From a plasmid: a stretch of 51,836 bases of DNA. How positions within the stretch are numbered: position 1 is the stretch's first letter; every line of letters begins with the position of its first letter. The notes beneath the pieces were generated by a model, which made no database searches, was not told the origin of the DNA, and saw only the letters and a program-made list of their open reading frames with translations. The translations under genes and the position numbers were made by a program. The stretch lies in sequence record NZ_CP085772.1. One strand, 5' to 3'. Positions 9,824 through 18,205 of the stretch are shown here, in pieces.

Positions 9824-9901
9824 TTAGAAGAACCAGCGAATTAACTCTAAAAGCACAATGAGCGCTTTCAGAGCCTGGATGACTTTTGTAAGAGTCTCCA
9901 T
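9824..9901 (-). CDS. Candidate type I toxin, DinQ-like 25-aa hydrophobic peptide METLTKVIQALKALIVLLELIRWFF
   Basis: Strong RBS AAGGAGAG 6 nt upstream of ATG. Terminator immediately downstream. The ALIxLLELIR core resembles E. coli DinQ. Confidence 0.4.
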   Translation of the reverse strand: METLTKVIQALKALIVLLELIRWFF

Positions 9902-10166
9902 TTTCTCTCCTTTTCTGGAGAGTAGAACACCGAATGAACCCTTCCACTCTGTCATTCGGTTTTTAATCTTTAATGTCAGTTAAAGATAGTTCCACTCAGG
10001 TAATGGTACTGACTCAGCACCACCTGTTAGTCAGCCAGAGTCTAATCAATGTGTTAGCTGGCTCTTGTAAATCAGATTGATCAGAGTAAAGAGTGGGGGG
10101 TATCATTCAACCGTCAGTTAAAGATAGTTCCATTCCAGATCTGAGTACCAGCTTAGTTTTGGATGT

Positions 10167-10197
10167 AAAAAAGCCCGATCACCAGTCGGGCTTTTTT
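10167..10197. terminator. Bidirectional intrinsic terminator hairpin (A-run, gcccga...tcgggc, T-run)
   Basis: aaaaaagcccgatcaccagtcgggctttttt. Confidence 0.45.
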
Positions 10198-10250
10198 ACA
10201 TCTAAACCCGCTTGAAGCCTTTGACCTGCCCCCACGATTAGATACAACAC

Positions 10251-11084
10251 TCAGTTAGTAACGTCGGAATCTTCATTCTCAGAATGACCCTTTCTCCAGC
10301 CCGCTGCAAATTCAGACGGTGTCTGATAATTCAGCGTGGAGTGCGGGCGGCATTCGTTATAATCCTGCCGCCAGTCATTAATAATTTTCCTGGCATGAAC
10401 GATATCGCTGAACCAGTGCTCATTCAAACATTCATCGCGAAATCGTCCGTTAAAGCTCTCAATAAATCCGTTCTGCGTTGGCTTGCCCGGCTGGATTAAG
10501 CGCAACTCAACACCATGCTCAAAGGCCCATTGATCCAGTGCACGGCAAGTGAACTCCGGCCCCTGGTCAGTTCTTATCGTCGCCGGATAGCCTCGAAACA
10601 GTGCAATGCTGTCCAGAATACGCGTGACCTGAACGCCTGAAATCCCAAAGGCAACAGTGACCGTCAGGCATTCCTTTGTGAAATCATCGACGCAGGTAAG
10701 ACACTTGATCCTGCGACCGGTGGAAAGTGCGTCCATGACGAAATCCATCGACCAGGTCAGATTGGGCGCCGCCGGACGGAGCAGCGGCAGACGTTCTGTT
10801 GCCAGCCCTTTACGACGTCTTCTGCGTTTTACGCCCAGGCCACTGAGGTGATAAAGCCGGTACACGCGCTTATGATTAACATGAAGCCCTTCACGGCGCA
10901 GCAACTGCCAAATACGACGGTAGCCAAAACGCCTGCGCTCCAGTGCCAGCTCAGTGATGCGCCCTGATAAATGCGCATCAGCAGCCGGACGGTGAGCCTC
11001 ATAGCGGCAGGTCGACAGGGATAAACCTGTAAGCCTGCAGGCACGACGTTGCGACAGACCGGTCGCATCACACATCAACATCAC
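10251..11084 (-). CDS. IS3-family transposase OrfB (DDE integrase core), expressed by -1 frameshift with OrfA
   Basis: 277 aa, rve-type core with DDE motif. Confidence 0.85.
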   Translation of the reverse strand: MMLMCDATGLSQRRACRLTGLSLSTCRYEAHRPAADAHLSGRITELALERRRFGYRRIWQLLRREGLHVNHKRVYRLYHLSGLGVKRRRRRKGLATERLPLLRPAAPNLTWSMDFVMDALSTGRRIKCLTCVDDFTKECLTVTVAFGISGVQVTRILDSIALFRGYPATIRTDQGPEFTCRALDQWAFEHGVELRLIQPGKPTQNGFIESFNGRFRDECLNEHWFSDIVHARKIINDWRQDYNECRPHSTLNYQTPSEFAAGWRKGHSENEDSDVTN

Positions 11085-11107
11085 GGCTTCCCGCTTCTGG
11101 TCTGTCG

Positions 11108-11371
11108 TCAGTACTTTCGCCCAAGAGCCACCTGAAGCGCCTCTTTATCCAGCATGGCTTCGGCAAGCAGCTTCTTGAGTCTGGTGTTCTCTTCCTCAAG
11201 CGACTTCAGGCGCTTAACTTCAGGCACCTCCATACCGCCATACTTCTTACGCCAGGTGTAAAACGTGGCATCGGAAATGGCATGCTTGCGGCAGAGTTCA
11301 CGGGCGGGTACCCCAGCTTCGGCTTCGCGGAGAATACTGATGATCTGTTCGTCGGAAAAACGCTTCTTCAT
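11108..11371 (-). CDS. IS3-family transposase OrfA (HTH)
   Basis: 87 aa, [20 protein letters not shown]... leucine-zipper tail. Confidence 0.85.
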   Translation of the reverse strand: MKKRFSDEQIISILREAEAGVPARELCRKHAISDATFYTWRKKYGGMEVPEVKRLKSLEEENTRLKKLLAEAMLDKEALQVALGRKY

Positions 11372-11665
11372 GGGGATGTCCTCATGTGGCTTATGAAGAC
11401 ATTACTAACATCGGGGTGTACTAATCAACGGGGAGCAGGTCACCTTATCATCCGCTGCCTTGACCCCAATTATGGGTTAATTTATTACTGTAACGCATTC
11501 CTAATAATCGCGATTTTATTGATCTAGAACAAAGTAAAAATGTCAGAGTACAAGTGAAGGGCGCTTGCGCTAAATGTAAATTTATACGATTAAAAAAAGA
11601 TCATTTTTACTACTAACAATTATTCTTGTTCTTAGTCATTCATCTGAAAGGTAATGCTTCCAAAT

Positions 11666-12721
11666 GGCTTTGTTGAATAAATCGAACTTTTGCTGAGTTG
11701 AAGGATCAGATCACGCATCCTCCCGACAACACAGACCATTCCGTGGCAAAGCAAAAGTTCAGAATCACCAACTGGTCCACCTACAACAAAGCTCTCATCA
11801 ACCGTGGCTCCCTCACTTTCTGGCTGGATGATGGGGCGATTCAGGCCTGGTATGAGTCGGGAACGCCTTCATCACGAGGAAGGCCCCAGCGCTATTCTGA
11901 TCTCGCCATCACCACCGTTCTGGTGATTAAACGCGTATTCCGGCTGACCCTGCGGGCTGCGCAGGGTTTTATTGATTCCATTTTTGCCCTGATGAACGTT
12001 CCGTTGCGCTGCCCGGATTACACCAGTGTCAGTAAGCGGGCAAAGTCGGTTAATGTCAGTTTCAAAACGTCCACCCGGGGTGAAATCGCACACCTGGTGA
12101 TTGATTCCACCGGGCTGAAGGTCTTTGGTGAAGGCGAATGGAAAGTCAGAAAGCACGGCAAAGAGCGCCGTCGTATCTGGCGAAAGTTGCATCTTGCTGT
12201 TGACAGCAACACACATGAAGTTGTCTGTGCAGACCTGTCGCTGAATAACGTCACGGACTCAGAAGCCTTCCCGGGCCTTATCCGGCAGACTCACAGAAAA
12301 ATCAGGGCAGCCGCGGCAGACGGGGCTTACGACACCCGGCTCTGTCACGATGAACTGCGGCGTAAGAAAATCAGCGCGCTTATCCCGCCCCGAAAAGGTG
12401 CAGGTTACTGGCCCGGTGAATATGCAGACCGTAACCGTGCAGTGGCTAATCAGCGAATGACCGGGAGTAATGCGCGGTGGAAATGGACAACGGAATATAA
12501 CCGTCGCTCGATAGCGGAAACGGCAATGTACAGAATGAAGCAGTTGTTGGGAGATTCACTGACGCTGCGTGACTACGATGGTCAGGTAGCGGAAGCTATG
12601 GCCCTGGTACGAGCGCTGAACAAAATGACGAAAGCAGGTATGCCTGAAAGCGTGCGTATTGCCTGAAAATCCAGCCAGCTACAGGGTCGTTCGCACGAAA
12701 TCTTATTTATTCAACAAAGCC
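11666..12721 (+). mobile_element. IS903B copy 2 (inverted relative to copy 1)
   Basis: IRs GGCTTTGTTGAATAAATC / gatttattcaacaaagcc-like. 1056 bp. Confidence 0.9.
11698..12666 (+). CDS. tnpA: IS903B transposase
   Basis: 322 aa, about 95% identical to the copy-1 transposase. Confidence 0.9.
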   Translation: MKDQITHPPDNTDHSVAKQKFRITNWSTYNKALINRGSLTFWLDDGAIQAWYESGTPSSRGRPQRYSDLAITTVLVIKRVFRLTLRAAQGFIDSIFALMNVPLRCPDYTSVSKRAKSVNVSFKTSTRGEIAHLVIDSTGLKVFGEGEWKVRKHGKERRRIWRKLHLAVDSNTHEVVCADLSLNNVTDSEAFPGLIRQTHRKIRAAAADGAYDTRLCHDELRRKKISALIPPRKGAGYWPGEYADRNRAVANQRMTGSNARWKWTTEYNRRSIAETAMYRMKQLLGDSLTLRDYDGQVAEAMALVRALNKMTKAGMPESVRIA

Positions 12722-13092
12722 GATTACCACCTGAAACCAGGTCTATATAGGCCAAAAGTTCATCTGATACTTTTGCGGTTATTGTTGGCATTCAGTCCTC
12801 ACTTTGTGCATTTTTTAAACGAAAAAAGGGTGTCTAATACGGTGAAATCATAGTATTACCAAAGTAATAAATAAAAAATTCTTTAAATCAGTAAGTTAGA
12901 TTGGATTTGTAATACCTGGGTAATACCGCAGCATGGCTAAATTTGGTTTTTTTTCTTTTAAATCAGTGGTATAGCGTGATTTATCACGCTGCGTTAGGTG
13001 TATAGCAGGTTAAGGGATAAAAAATCATCTTTTTTTGGTAGGGCGATCTCCGTAGGTTAAGGGTCATTTGGCTAAAAAGCGTCCTATTCTTT

Positions 13093-13116
13093 GATGGTCA
13101 TGCTTGCATGACCATC
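13093..13116. promoter_or_regulatory. Perfect palindrome gatggtcatgc-ttg-gcatgaccatc (operator-like)
   Basis: 11-bp arms, read directly. Confidence 0.35.
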
Positions 13117-13126
13117 TGAGCAACCA

Positions 13127-13269
13127 AAAACTACAGATAAACTACAAAAAACGTTTTGCCTTAGTGTTGGTAGACTACAAATAGACTACAATAAAACTAC
13201 AAAGAAACTACAAAAAACGTGACAGACTACAAAGAGACTACAAGAAAACTACAGATAAACTACAAAACT
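13127..13269 (+). repeat. About ten direct repeats with 11-bp period (core ACTACAA), arranged 2 + 4 + 4, immediately upstream of a promoter: centromere/operator-like iterons
   Basis: aaactacagat aaactacaaaa ... agactacaaat agactacaata aaactacaaag aaactacaaaa ... actacaaagag actacaagaaa actacagataa actacaaaact. Confidence 0.6.
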
Positions 13270-13272
13270 CGA

Positions 13273-13301
13273 TTGACCCCTTCTTACGAGTGTTGTAGAG
13301 T
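13273..13301 (+). promoter_or_regulatory. Sigma70-like promoter (TTGACC-17 bp-TAGAGT) directly abutting the repeat array
   Basis: -35/-10 spacing read from sequence. GGGGG RBS and ATG at 13325 follow. Confidence 0.4.
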
Positions 13302-13324
13302 CATTTTCATACAACGGGGGGGTT

Positions 13325-13714
13325 ATGAATAAACCAGCAGATCTGAAACCCCGCAACTTATCGGCTGCTGTCAGATTGCGCCTAAATGAAATCGAGAACT
13401 GGCTGGACAGAGGGCTAACGCGGCATGAAATTGCTGAAATCCTCGACAGCGAATACAGCTTTTCGGTAACAGCCAAAGGGCTTGAGATGGCACTGTATAG
13501 AACGCGGCAAAACCGAAAAAATGTATTACACAATACACATGATAAGAGTAGCGCGAAGGGTGCAGCGGAAAGTGTATTGCACAATACACAACCGTCTGAG
13601 CCTGAAGCGCAGGAAAGTGAAAAAGCAGAGAGTCCCGGCATTATTGATAAAGAATTCTTCAATAAAATCGGTGAGGATTTCAACCCTAAGAAGTTCAACA
13701 AAAAATTCTGGTAA
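13325..13714 (+). CDS. Small HTH-like DNA-binding protein (ParR/StbA-like candidate), C-terminus clipped by IS1 (last 4 codons + stop supplied by the IS1 IR)
   Basis: 129 aa. RLRLNEIENWLDRGLTRHEIAEIL is HTH-like. The ORF runs into the IS1 terminal IR. Confidence 0.45.
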   Translation: MNKPADLKPRNLSAAVRLRLNEIENWLDRGLTRHEIAEILDSEYSFSVTAKGLEMALYRTRQNRKNVLHNTHDKSSAKGAAESVLHNTQPSEPEAQESEKAESPGIIDKEFFNKIGEDFNPKKFNKKFW

Positions 13715-13724
13715 TGACTCCAAC

Positions 13725-14108
13725 TTACTGATAGTGTTTTATGTTCAGATAATGCCCGATGACTTTGTCATGCAGCTCCACCGATTTTGAGAACGACAGC
13801 GACTTCCGTCCCAGCCTTGCCAGATGCTGCCTCAGATTCAGGTTATGCCGCTCAATTCGCTGCGTATATCGCTTGCTGATTACGTGCAGCTTTCCCTTCA
13901 GGCGTGATTCATAAAGCGGCCAGCCATCCGTCATCCATACCACGACCTCAAAGGCCGACAGCAGGCCCGGAAGACGCTCCAGCGTGGCCAGCGTGCGTTC
14001 ACCGAATACGTGCGCCACAACCGTCCTCCGTATCCTGCCAGCGCTGGCGTGATTTAGCGCCGACGTAACCCCACTGTTCGTCCATTTCCGCGCAAACAAT
14101 GACGTCAC
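13725..14108 (-). CDS. insB: IS1 InsB' (fused to InsA by frameshift)
   Basis: IS1 transposase C-terminal frame. Confidence 0.8.
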   Translation of the reverse strand: MTSLFARKWTNSGVTSALNHASAGRIRRTVVAHVFGERTLATLERLPGLLSAFEVVVWMTDGWPLYESRLKGKLHVISKRYTQRIERHNLNLRQHLARLGRKSLSFSKSVELHDKVIGHYLNIKHYQ

Positions 14109-14129
14109 TGCCCGGTTGTATGCGTGAGT

Positions 14130-14405
14130 TTACCGACTGCGGCCTGAGTTTTTTAAGTGTCGTAAAATCGTGTTGAGGCCAACGCCCATAATGCGTGCAC
14201 TGGCGCGACATCCGACGCCATTCATGGCCATATCAATAATTTTCTGGTGTGTACCGGGCTGAGAGGCGGTGTAAGTGAACTGAAGCTGCCATGTTTTACG
14301 GCAGTGAGAGCAGAGATAGCGCTGATGTCCGGCAGTACTTTTACCGTTACGCACCACGCCTTCAGTAGCTGAACAGGAGGGACAGCTGATAGAAACAGAA
14401 GCCAC
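14130..14405 (-). CDS. insA: IS1 InsA
   Basis: 91 aa [23 protein letters not shown]. Confidence 0.85.
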   Translation of the reverse strand: MASVSISCPSCSATEGVVRNGKSTAGHQRYLCSHCRKTWQLQFTYTASQPGTHQKIIDMAMNGVGCRASARIMGVGLNTILRHLKNSGRSR

Positions 14406-14471
14406 TGGAGCACCTCAAAACCACCATCATACACTAAATCAGCAAGTTGGTAGCATTACCAAAAAGTGAAT

Positions 14472-15104
14472 AACTTAAAAACATCGGCGCAAGCGCCTCA
14501 AAAGTAGCTCCCATCGCTTCGCGACGGGCCCCGACCGGAGAACCACATTAGTTACAGCATTCAAAAGGAAGTTCATCATAAACCAGCGCCGGTTTGCCGG
14601 CCAGGTGCCCCTCCCCACCACTGAAAAGCGCCGCCGCCCCCGGCCGAAGGCCGGGGAACACCATCGCTTTAGAATGGCGGATGTTGTAACTAGATCTTGT
14701 CATTGCTGTGGGTGGTGTTGCTTTTCGTTCTGGCGTACACGCTCGTAAGCGGCCCTAACGGCCCGCTAACGCGGAGATACGCCCCGACTGCGGCTATCGC
14801 CTTGTCGTGACCACTCCGACCGCGCACAGCAGCTTCTGTATCGTTTTTAGCGGGTTTGTTCTGGGCTTAGCAGTGTGGGGGATTATTACGGCTGAAGCCG
14901 TAATGCTTTTTTCGTCCTCGCTTCGCTGCGGGGGTCTCCGGCGCATGGCGCCTCCCATGCGCTGACGCGCATCAAAAACCCGTCCCCTGCGCCACTTGTG
15001 TCTGACGCACGCGAGAGTCCGCTGCGGCAAAAAACAAGAAGAGAGCTAGACGAAGGTCGCTCAGCTCCCCGTAATTTTTTATATACTCACCACGGGGACA
15101 TTAG
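14472..15104. other. GC-rich non-coding segment with multiple perfect hairpins; possible oriT/leading-region (ssi/Frpo-like) remnant
   Basis: Hairpins ccccggcc-gaa-ggccgggg, gcggccc-taac-gggccgc and ggcgcatggcgcc. Also ctgtgggtggtgttgcttttcg, which resembles an F-family nic region. Confidence 0.25.
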
Positions 15105-15127
15105 ATCTGCTTTTGCCAAAAAAACGG

Positions 15128-15604
15128 CTAGTTTTTTCTGGATTTACCCAAACCAAAGGCACCGGCATTCACTATAAACGAGGCCTTTCTGATCGGCGTA
15201 TCGATATCAAATATGGGGTTTTCAGCACGCCTTCTTTCAAAGTACTTATTTCTCTCCGATTCATTTTTAAAAGCGCTACCTGTCCTTGCAATCCTCTCCT
15301 GAATAAGCATCTTTTCATGCTCAGCCTTTTTGGTTGAGTTGGCCTTAGCGAGATTCTTTTCAAGGGATTTCGTATGCTTTTTTATATGCTTTCTCAACCT
15401 AGCTTTATGGCCAAATGAGAGTTTACATATCGGACAAGTGAATAATTCTTCCATAAGCTTCATGAGTGTAAGGGGAAGGTTATATTTACCATAGCATTCC
15501 TTGTCCGAACTGCCATGCGATGGTCCACCGGGGCAATGAGGCAAAGCCGTTGTCTGTGGAAGCACTACGCGGCATGATGAGCGTCGCCAGTTGCACACCG
15601 GCAA
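15128..15604 (-). CDS. C2H2 zinc-finger-motif protein, copy 2 (start uncertain)
   Basis: Near-identical to 6842..7279 (one K->S change near the C-terminus). Confidence 0.5.
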   Translation of the reverse strand: MPVCNWRRSSCRVVLPQTTALPHCPGGPSHGSSDKECYGKYNLPLTLMKLMEELFTCPICKLSFGHKARLRKHIKKHTKSLEKNLAKANSTKKAEHEKMLIQERIARTGSAFKNESERNKYFERRRAENPIFDIDTPIRKASFIVNAGAFGLGKSRKN

Positions 15605-15635
15605 AGACGTGAAACACTTTTAACCGGAGCCAGTC

Positions 15636-15917
15636 ATGCGCGTTGCCGAAAGCATCATCCTCGATGCCCTCACTCGCGGAGGATGCATCAAAACCTTTTA
15701 CCGCATATCCTCACGGCAGGCTGCTGAATCGGCCACGCGGATACCTGAGGGGTATATTCTGGAGTCGCCCGGCGAGCGGGAAGATATTGTGCTCTCGCGC
15801 GCGGACTTTCATGCGCTGGAGAAGCTGCTGGAGCAGAAGGAAACCTGGGAGCAGGTGGTCGGTGTGACCTGTTTTGGTGGGGCAACATGGCAGCTGAGAC
15901 CGACTGTACAGAGCTGA
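15636..15917 (+). CDS. Hypothetical 93-aa protein, copy 2
   Basis: Same as 7350..7628 with a few substitutions. Confidence 0.4.
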   Translation: MRVAESIILDALTRGGCIKTFYRISSRQAAESATRIPEGYILESPGEREDIVLSRADFHALEKLLEQKETWEQVVGVTCFGGATWQLRPTVQS

Positions 15918-15970
15918 ACAACTGAGATTTAAGACCTGGGAATCAGTAAGACTGAAGGGAGGTATCTGTT

Positions 15971-16582
15971 ATGACGCTGACAGAAAAAACAGGCCATCTG
16001 GCATGGTGTGCACTGGTCGCGCTGGCACTGGCCAGACAGGAGCAGGGAGAACTCTCTCCCGCACAGGAAAATCTCTTTCTCACCCGCTGGCTCGCGGCAG
16101 CACTGAAGCAACGGCGATTCTCGCGCGATGTGGCACAGGATATCGGGTGGTTACTGAATCAGGGGCGTTTGCTGGGTGTGAGAGCTAAGCTGGCCGACAA
16201 ACTGGGCTATGTCTGGCGCTCCTGCAGCGGCGAGTTGACTGAACAGAACGACATGTTCCGCCTGACGTATGCGCTGGAAACAGCGAAAGACATGGGCTGG
16301 AATTACCGCGTAATGAGCGACAGAGAATGGGCCGGACGATATGCTTTGGTACTCAATCCTGGAGTAAACGGTGTTTATCTCTTACGGACAAACCTTGATG
16401 CCGCTTTTGACGACAATGGCCAACAGACAAATCCGCTGACAGTACGTCTGACAGGGAACGTAACTGGGATAATGAAACTGTTAAATCGCTGTGGCTGGCA
16501 GGCTGAGCCTGAGTCTGATGCCTCCCTGCCCCACCAGTTTTCACTGATGGCCCGGCAGGGAGTGCCAGGAAAGGGGGATTAG
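15971..16582 (+). CDS. Hypothetical 203-aa protein (present only in copy 2 of the module)
   Basis: Strong RBS GGGAGG. No recognisable motif. Confidence 0.45.
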   Translation: MTLTEKTGHLAWCALVALALARQEQGELSPAQENLFLTRWLAAALKQRRFSRDVAQDIGWLLNQGRLLGVRAKLADKLGYVWRSCSGELTEQNDMFRLTYALETAKDMGWNYRVMSDREWAGRYALVLNPGVNGVYLLRTNLDAAFDDNGQQTNPLTVRLTGNVTGIMKLLNRCGWQAEPESDASLPHQFSLMARQGVPGKGD

Positions 16583-16712
16583 TGGCGGATTTGTGCCAGG
16601 TCATCTTCAGTCAGACCGGTCATTTTCATGACAGTATTGCGGTCAATGCCGTTCTGCAGCATGGTACGGGCAATTTTCAGAGTGGCCTGACGCTCACCTT
16701 CTGAACGGCCTA
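16583..16712 (-). pseudogene. Rpn-family nuclease 3' remnant (last ~42 codons only)
   Basis: About 90% identical to 7891..8020. Upstream part replaced by unrelated sequence. Confidence 0.6.
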
Positions 16713-16920
16713 TTAGCGTGTGCTCCGGTGGTTTGCACATGCGCAAATTTTTCAGCCCAAAGGAGGCTAATCATCACGGGGATTACGTTCAAATCCCCTG
16801 CGCCCTCTTGCTGCCCATTCAGCATTGAGTACTGAATCGCCACGGGTTTAACAGACACCTCAGAGTCATTTAAGATGGCTTAAAGAGAGGTGCCCATGAG
16901 CGGTAAGCGTTATCCCGAAG

Positions 16921-17740
16921 GGCACTGTTGCAAAGTTAGCGATGAGGCAGCCTTTTGTCTTATTCAAAGGCCTTACATTTCAAAAACTCTGCTTACCAGG
17001 CGCATTTCGCCCAGGGGATCACCATAATAAAATGCTGAGGCCTGGCCTTTGCGTAGTGCACGCATCACCTCAATACCTTTGATGGTGGCGTAAGCCGTCT
17101 TCATGGATTTAAATCCCAGCGTGGCGCCGATTATCCGTTTCAGTTTGCCATGATCGCATTCAATCACGTTGTTCCGGTACTTAATCTGTCGGTGTTCAAC
17201 GTCAGACGGGCACCGGCCTTCGCGTTTGAGCAGAGCAAGCGCGCGACCATAGGCGGGCGCTTTATCCGTGTTGATGAATCGCGGGATCTGCCACTTCTTC
17301 ACGTTGTTGAGGATTTTACCCAGAAACCGGTATGCAGCTTTGCTGTTACGACGGGAGGAGAGATAAAAATCGACAGTGCGGCCCCGGCTGTCGACGGCCC
17401 GGTACAGATACGCCCAGCGGCCATTGACCTTCACGTAGGTTTCATCCATGTGCCACGGGCAAAGATCGGAAGGGTTACGCCAGTACCAGCGCAGCCGTTT
17501 TTCCATTTCAGGCGCATAACGCTGAACCCAGCGGTAAATCGTGGAGTGATCGACATTCACTCCGCGTTCAGCCAGCATCTCCTGCAGCTCACGGTAACTG
17601 ATGCCGTATTTGCAGTACCAGCGTACGGCCCACAGAATGATGTCACGCTGAAAATGCCGGCCTTTGAATGGGTTCATGTGCAGCTCCATCAGCAAAAGGG
17701 GATGATAAGTTTATCACCACCGACTATTTGCAACAGTGCC
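16921..17740 (-). mobile_element. IS26 copy A (820 bp)
   Basis: 14-bp IRs GGCACTGTTGCAAA at both ends. Confidence 0.95.
16973..17677 (-). CDS. tnpA: IS26 transposase Tnp26
   Basis: MNPFKGRHFQRDIILWAVRWY... 234 aa from the MNPF start. Confidence 0.95.
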   Translation of the reverse strand: MNPFKGRHFQRDIILWAVRWYCKYGISYRELQEMLAERGVNVDHSTIYRWVQRYAPEMEKRLRWYWRNPSDLCPWHMDETYVKVNGRWAYLYRAVDSRGRTVDFYLSSRRNSKAAYRFLGKILNNVKKWQIPRFINTDKAPAYGRALALLKREGRCPSDVEHRQIKYRNNVIECDHGKLKRIIGATLGFKSMKTAYATIKGIEVMRALRKGQASAFYYGDPLGEMRLVSRVFEM

Positions 17741-17965
17741 GGAAAAATCCCCTTCGCTGTTTCCCAGACCAGTAAAATCAAACCGGAGAACGGCGATAGC
17801 ATTCTCTGTCAGTTTCCGCGCAATACGCGCCGCGCCTTTGAGGTCTTTGCCACACGTAAAACAATGAGCTAACAGCGCAAACGCTTTAGGATTTTCAGGA
17901 AGTTCAAGCAATCCGGCCAGTTCTTCACCAGCCGCATTTTTGAACGTAAATTTTAGTTTTTTCAT
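17741..17965 (-). pseudogene. alpha/beta-hydrolase gene, N-terminal fragment (split by IS26-mediated inversion; remainder at 31631..32166)
   Basis: MKKLKFTFKNAAGEELAGLLELP... frame runs into the IS26 IR. An 8-bp inverted TSD links it to 31631. Confidence 0.75.
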
Positions 17966-18205
17966 AGGATATTCCAGGTCTTAAACTGATTTCATATGTT
18001 TGATCGCAGGGAAAAATAATCTTCTGCTCTGCATCTGGCATTACGCGTTTTCCTTCCTCTACTGGGGATGTGAAACAGAATTCATTCCGAATGCCTGTCC
18101 TCACCTTCCAGTTTGAAAGCTGATTATTGCTTCCTGTTCGGTGATCACTTACGCTATGCTACCAACTAGATGGTAGTTTACAAGAATTTTATGAGGTCTC
18201 ACTGA

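Larger units (their letters stand above)
10222..11442 (-). mobile_element. IS3-family insertion sequence (IS407-group-like), 1221 bp, flanked by 4-bp direct repeat CCTT
   Basis: Imperfect ~45-bp terminal IRs starting TGACCTGC at both ends. CCTT at 10218-10221 and 11443-11446. Confidence 0.8.
13710..14460 (-). mobile_element. IS1-family insertion sequence (complete, ~751 bp variant)
   Basis: Terminal IRs ggtaatgactccaactta... / ...agcaagttggtagcattacc. Carries insA and insB'. Confidence 0.85.

Noticed and set aside
9744-9947. 67-aa minus-strand ORF covering the dinQ-like locus.
   Set aside because: Different frame from the 25-aa peptide, spans the terminator hairpin, and has no RBS. The small SD-led ORF is the more plausible product.
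12722-13090. Possible additional replication origin in the AT-rich tract before the 11-bp repeats.
   Set aside because: No Rep gene and no DnaA-box consensus were found there. The repeat/promoter/HTH arrangement fits a partition-type operator better.
13704-13714. Apparent native stop codon of the 129-aa HTH ORF.
   Set aside because: The stop TAA and the preceding codons lie within the IS1 terminal inverted repeat (tgg taa tga). The gene is therefore truncated rather than intact.
17150-17872. 240-aa ORFs antisense to the IS26 transposase (three identical copies, also 30805..31401 and 40713..41330).
   Set aside because: Well-known spurious antisense frame of IS26.
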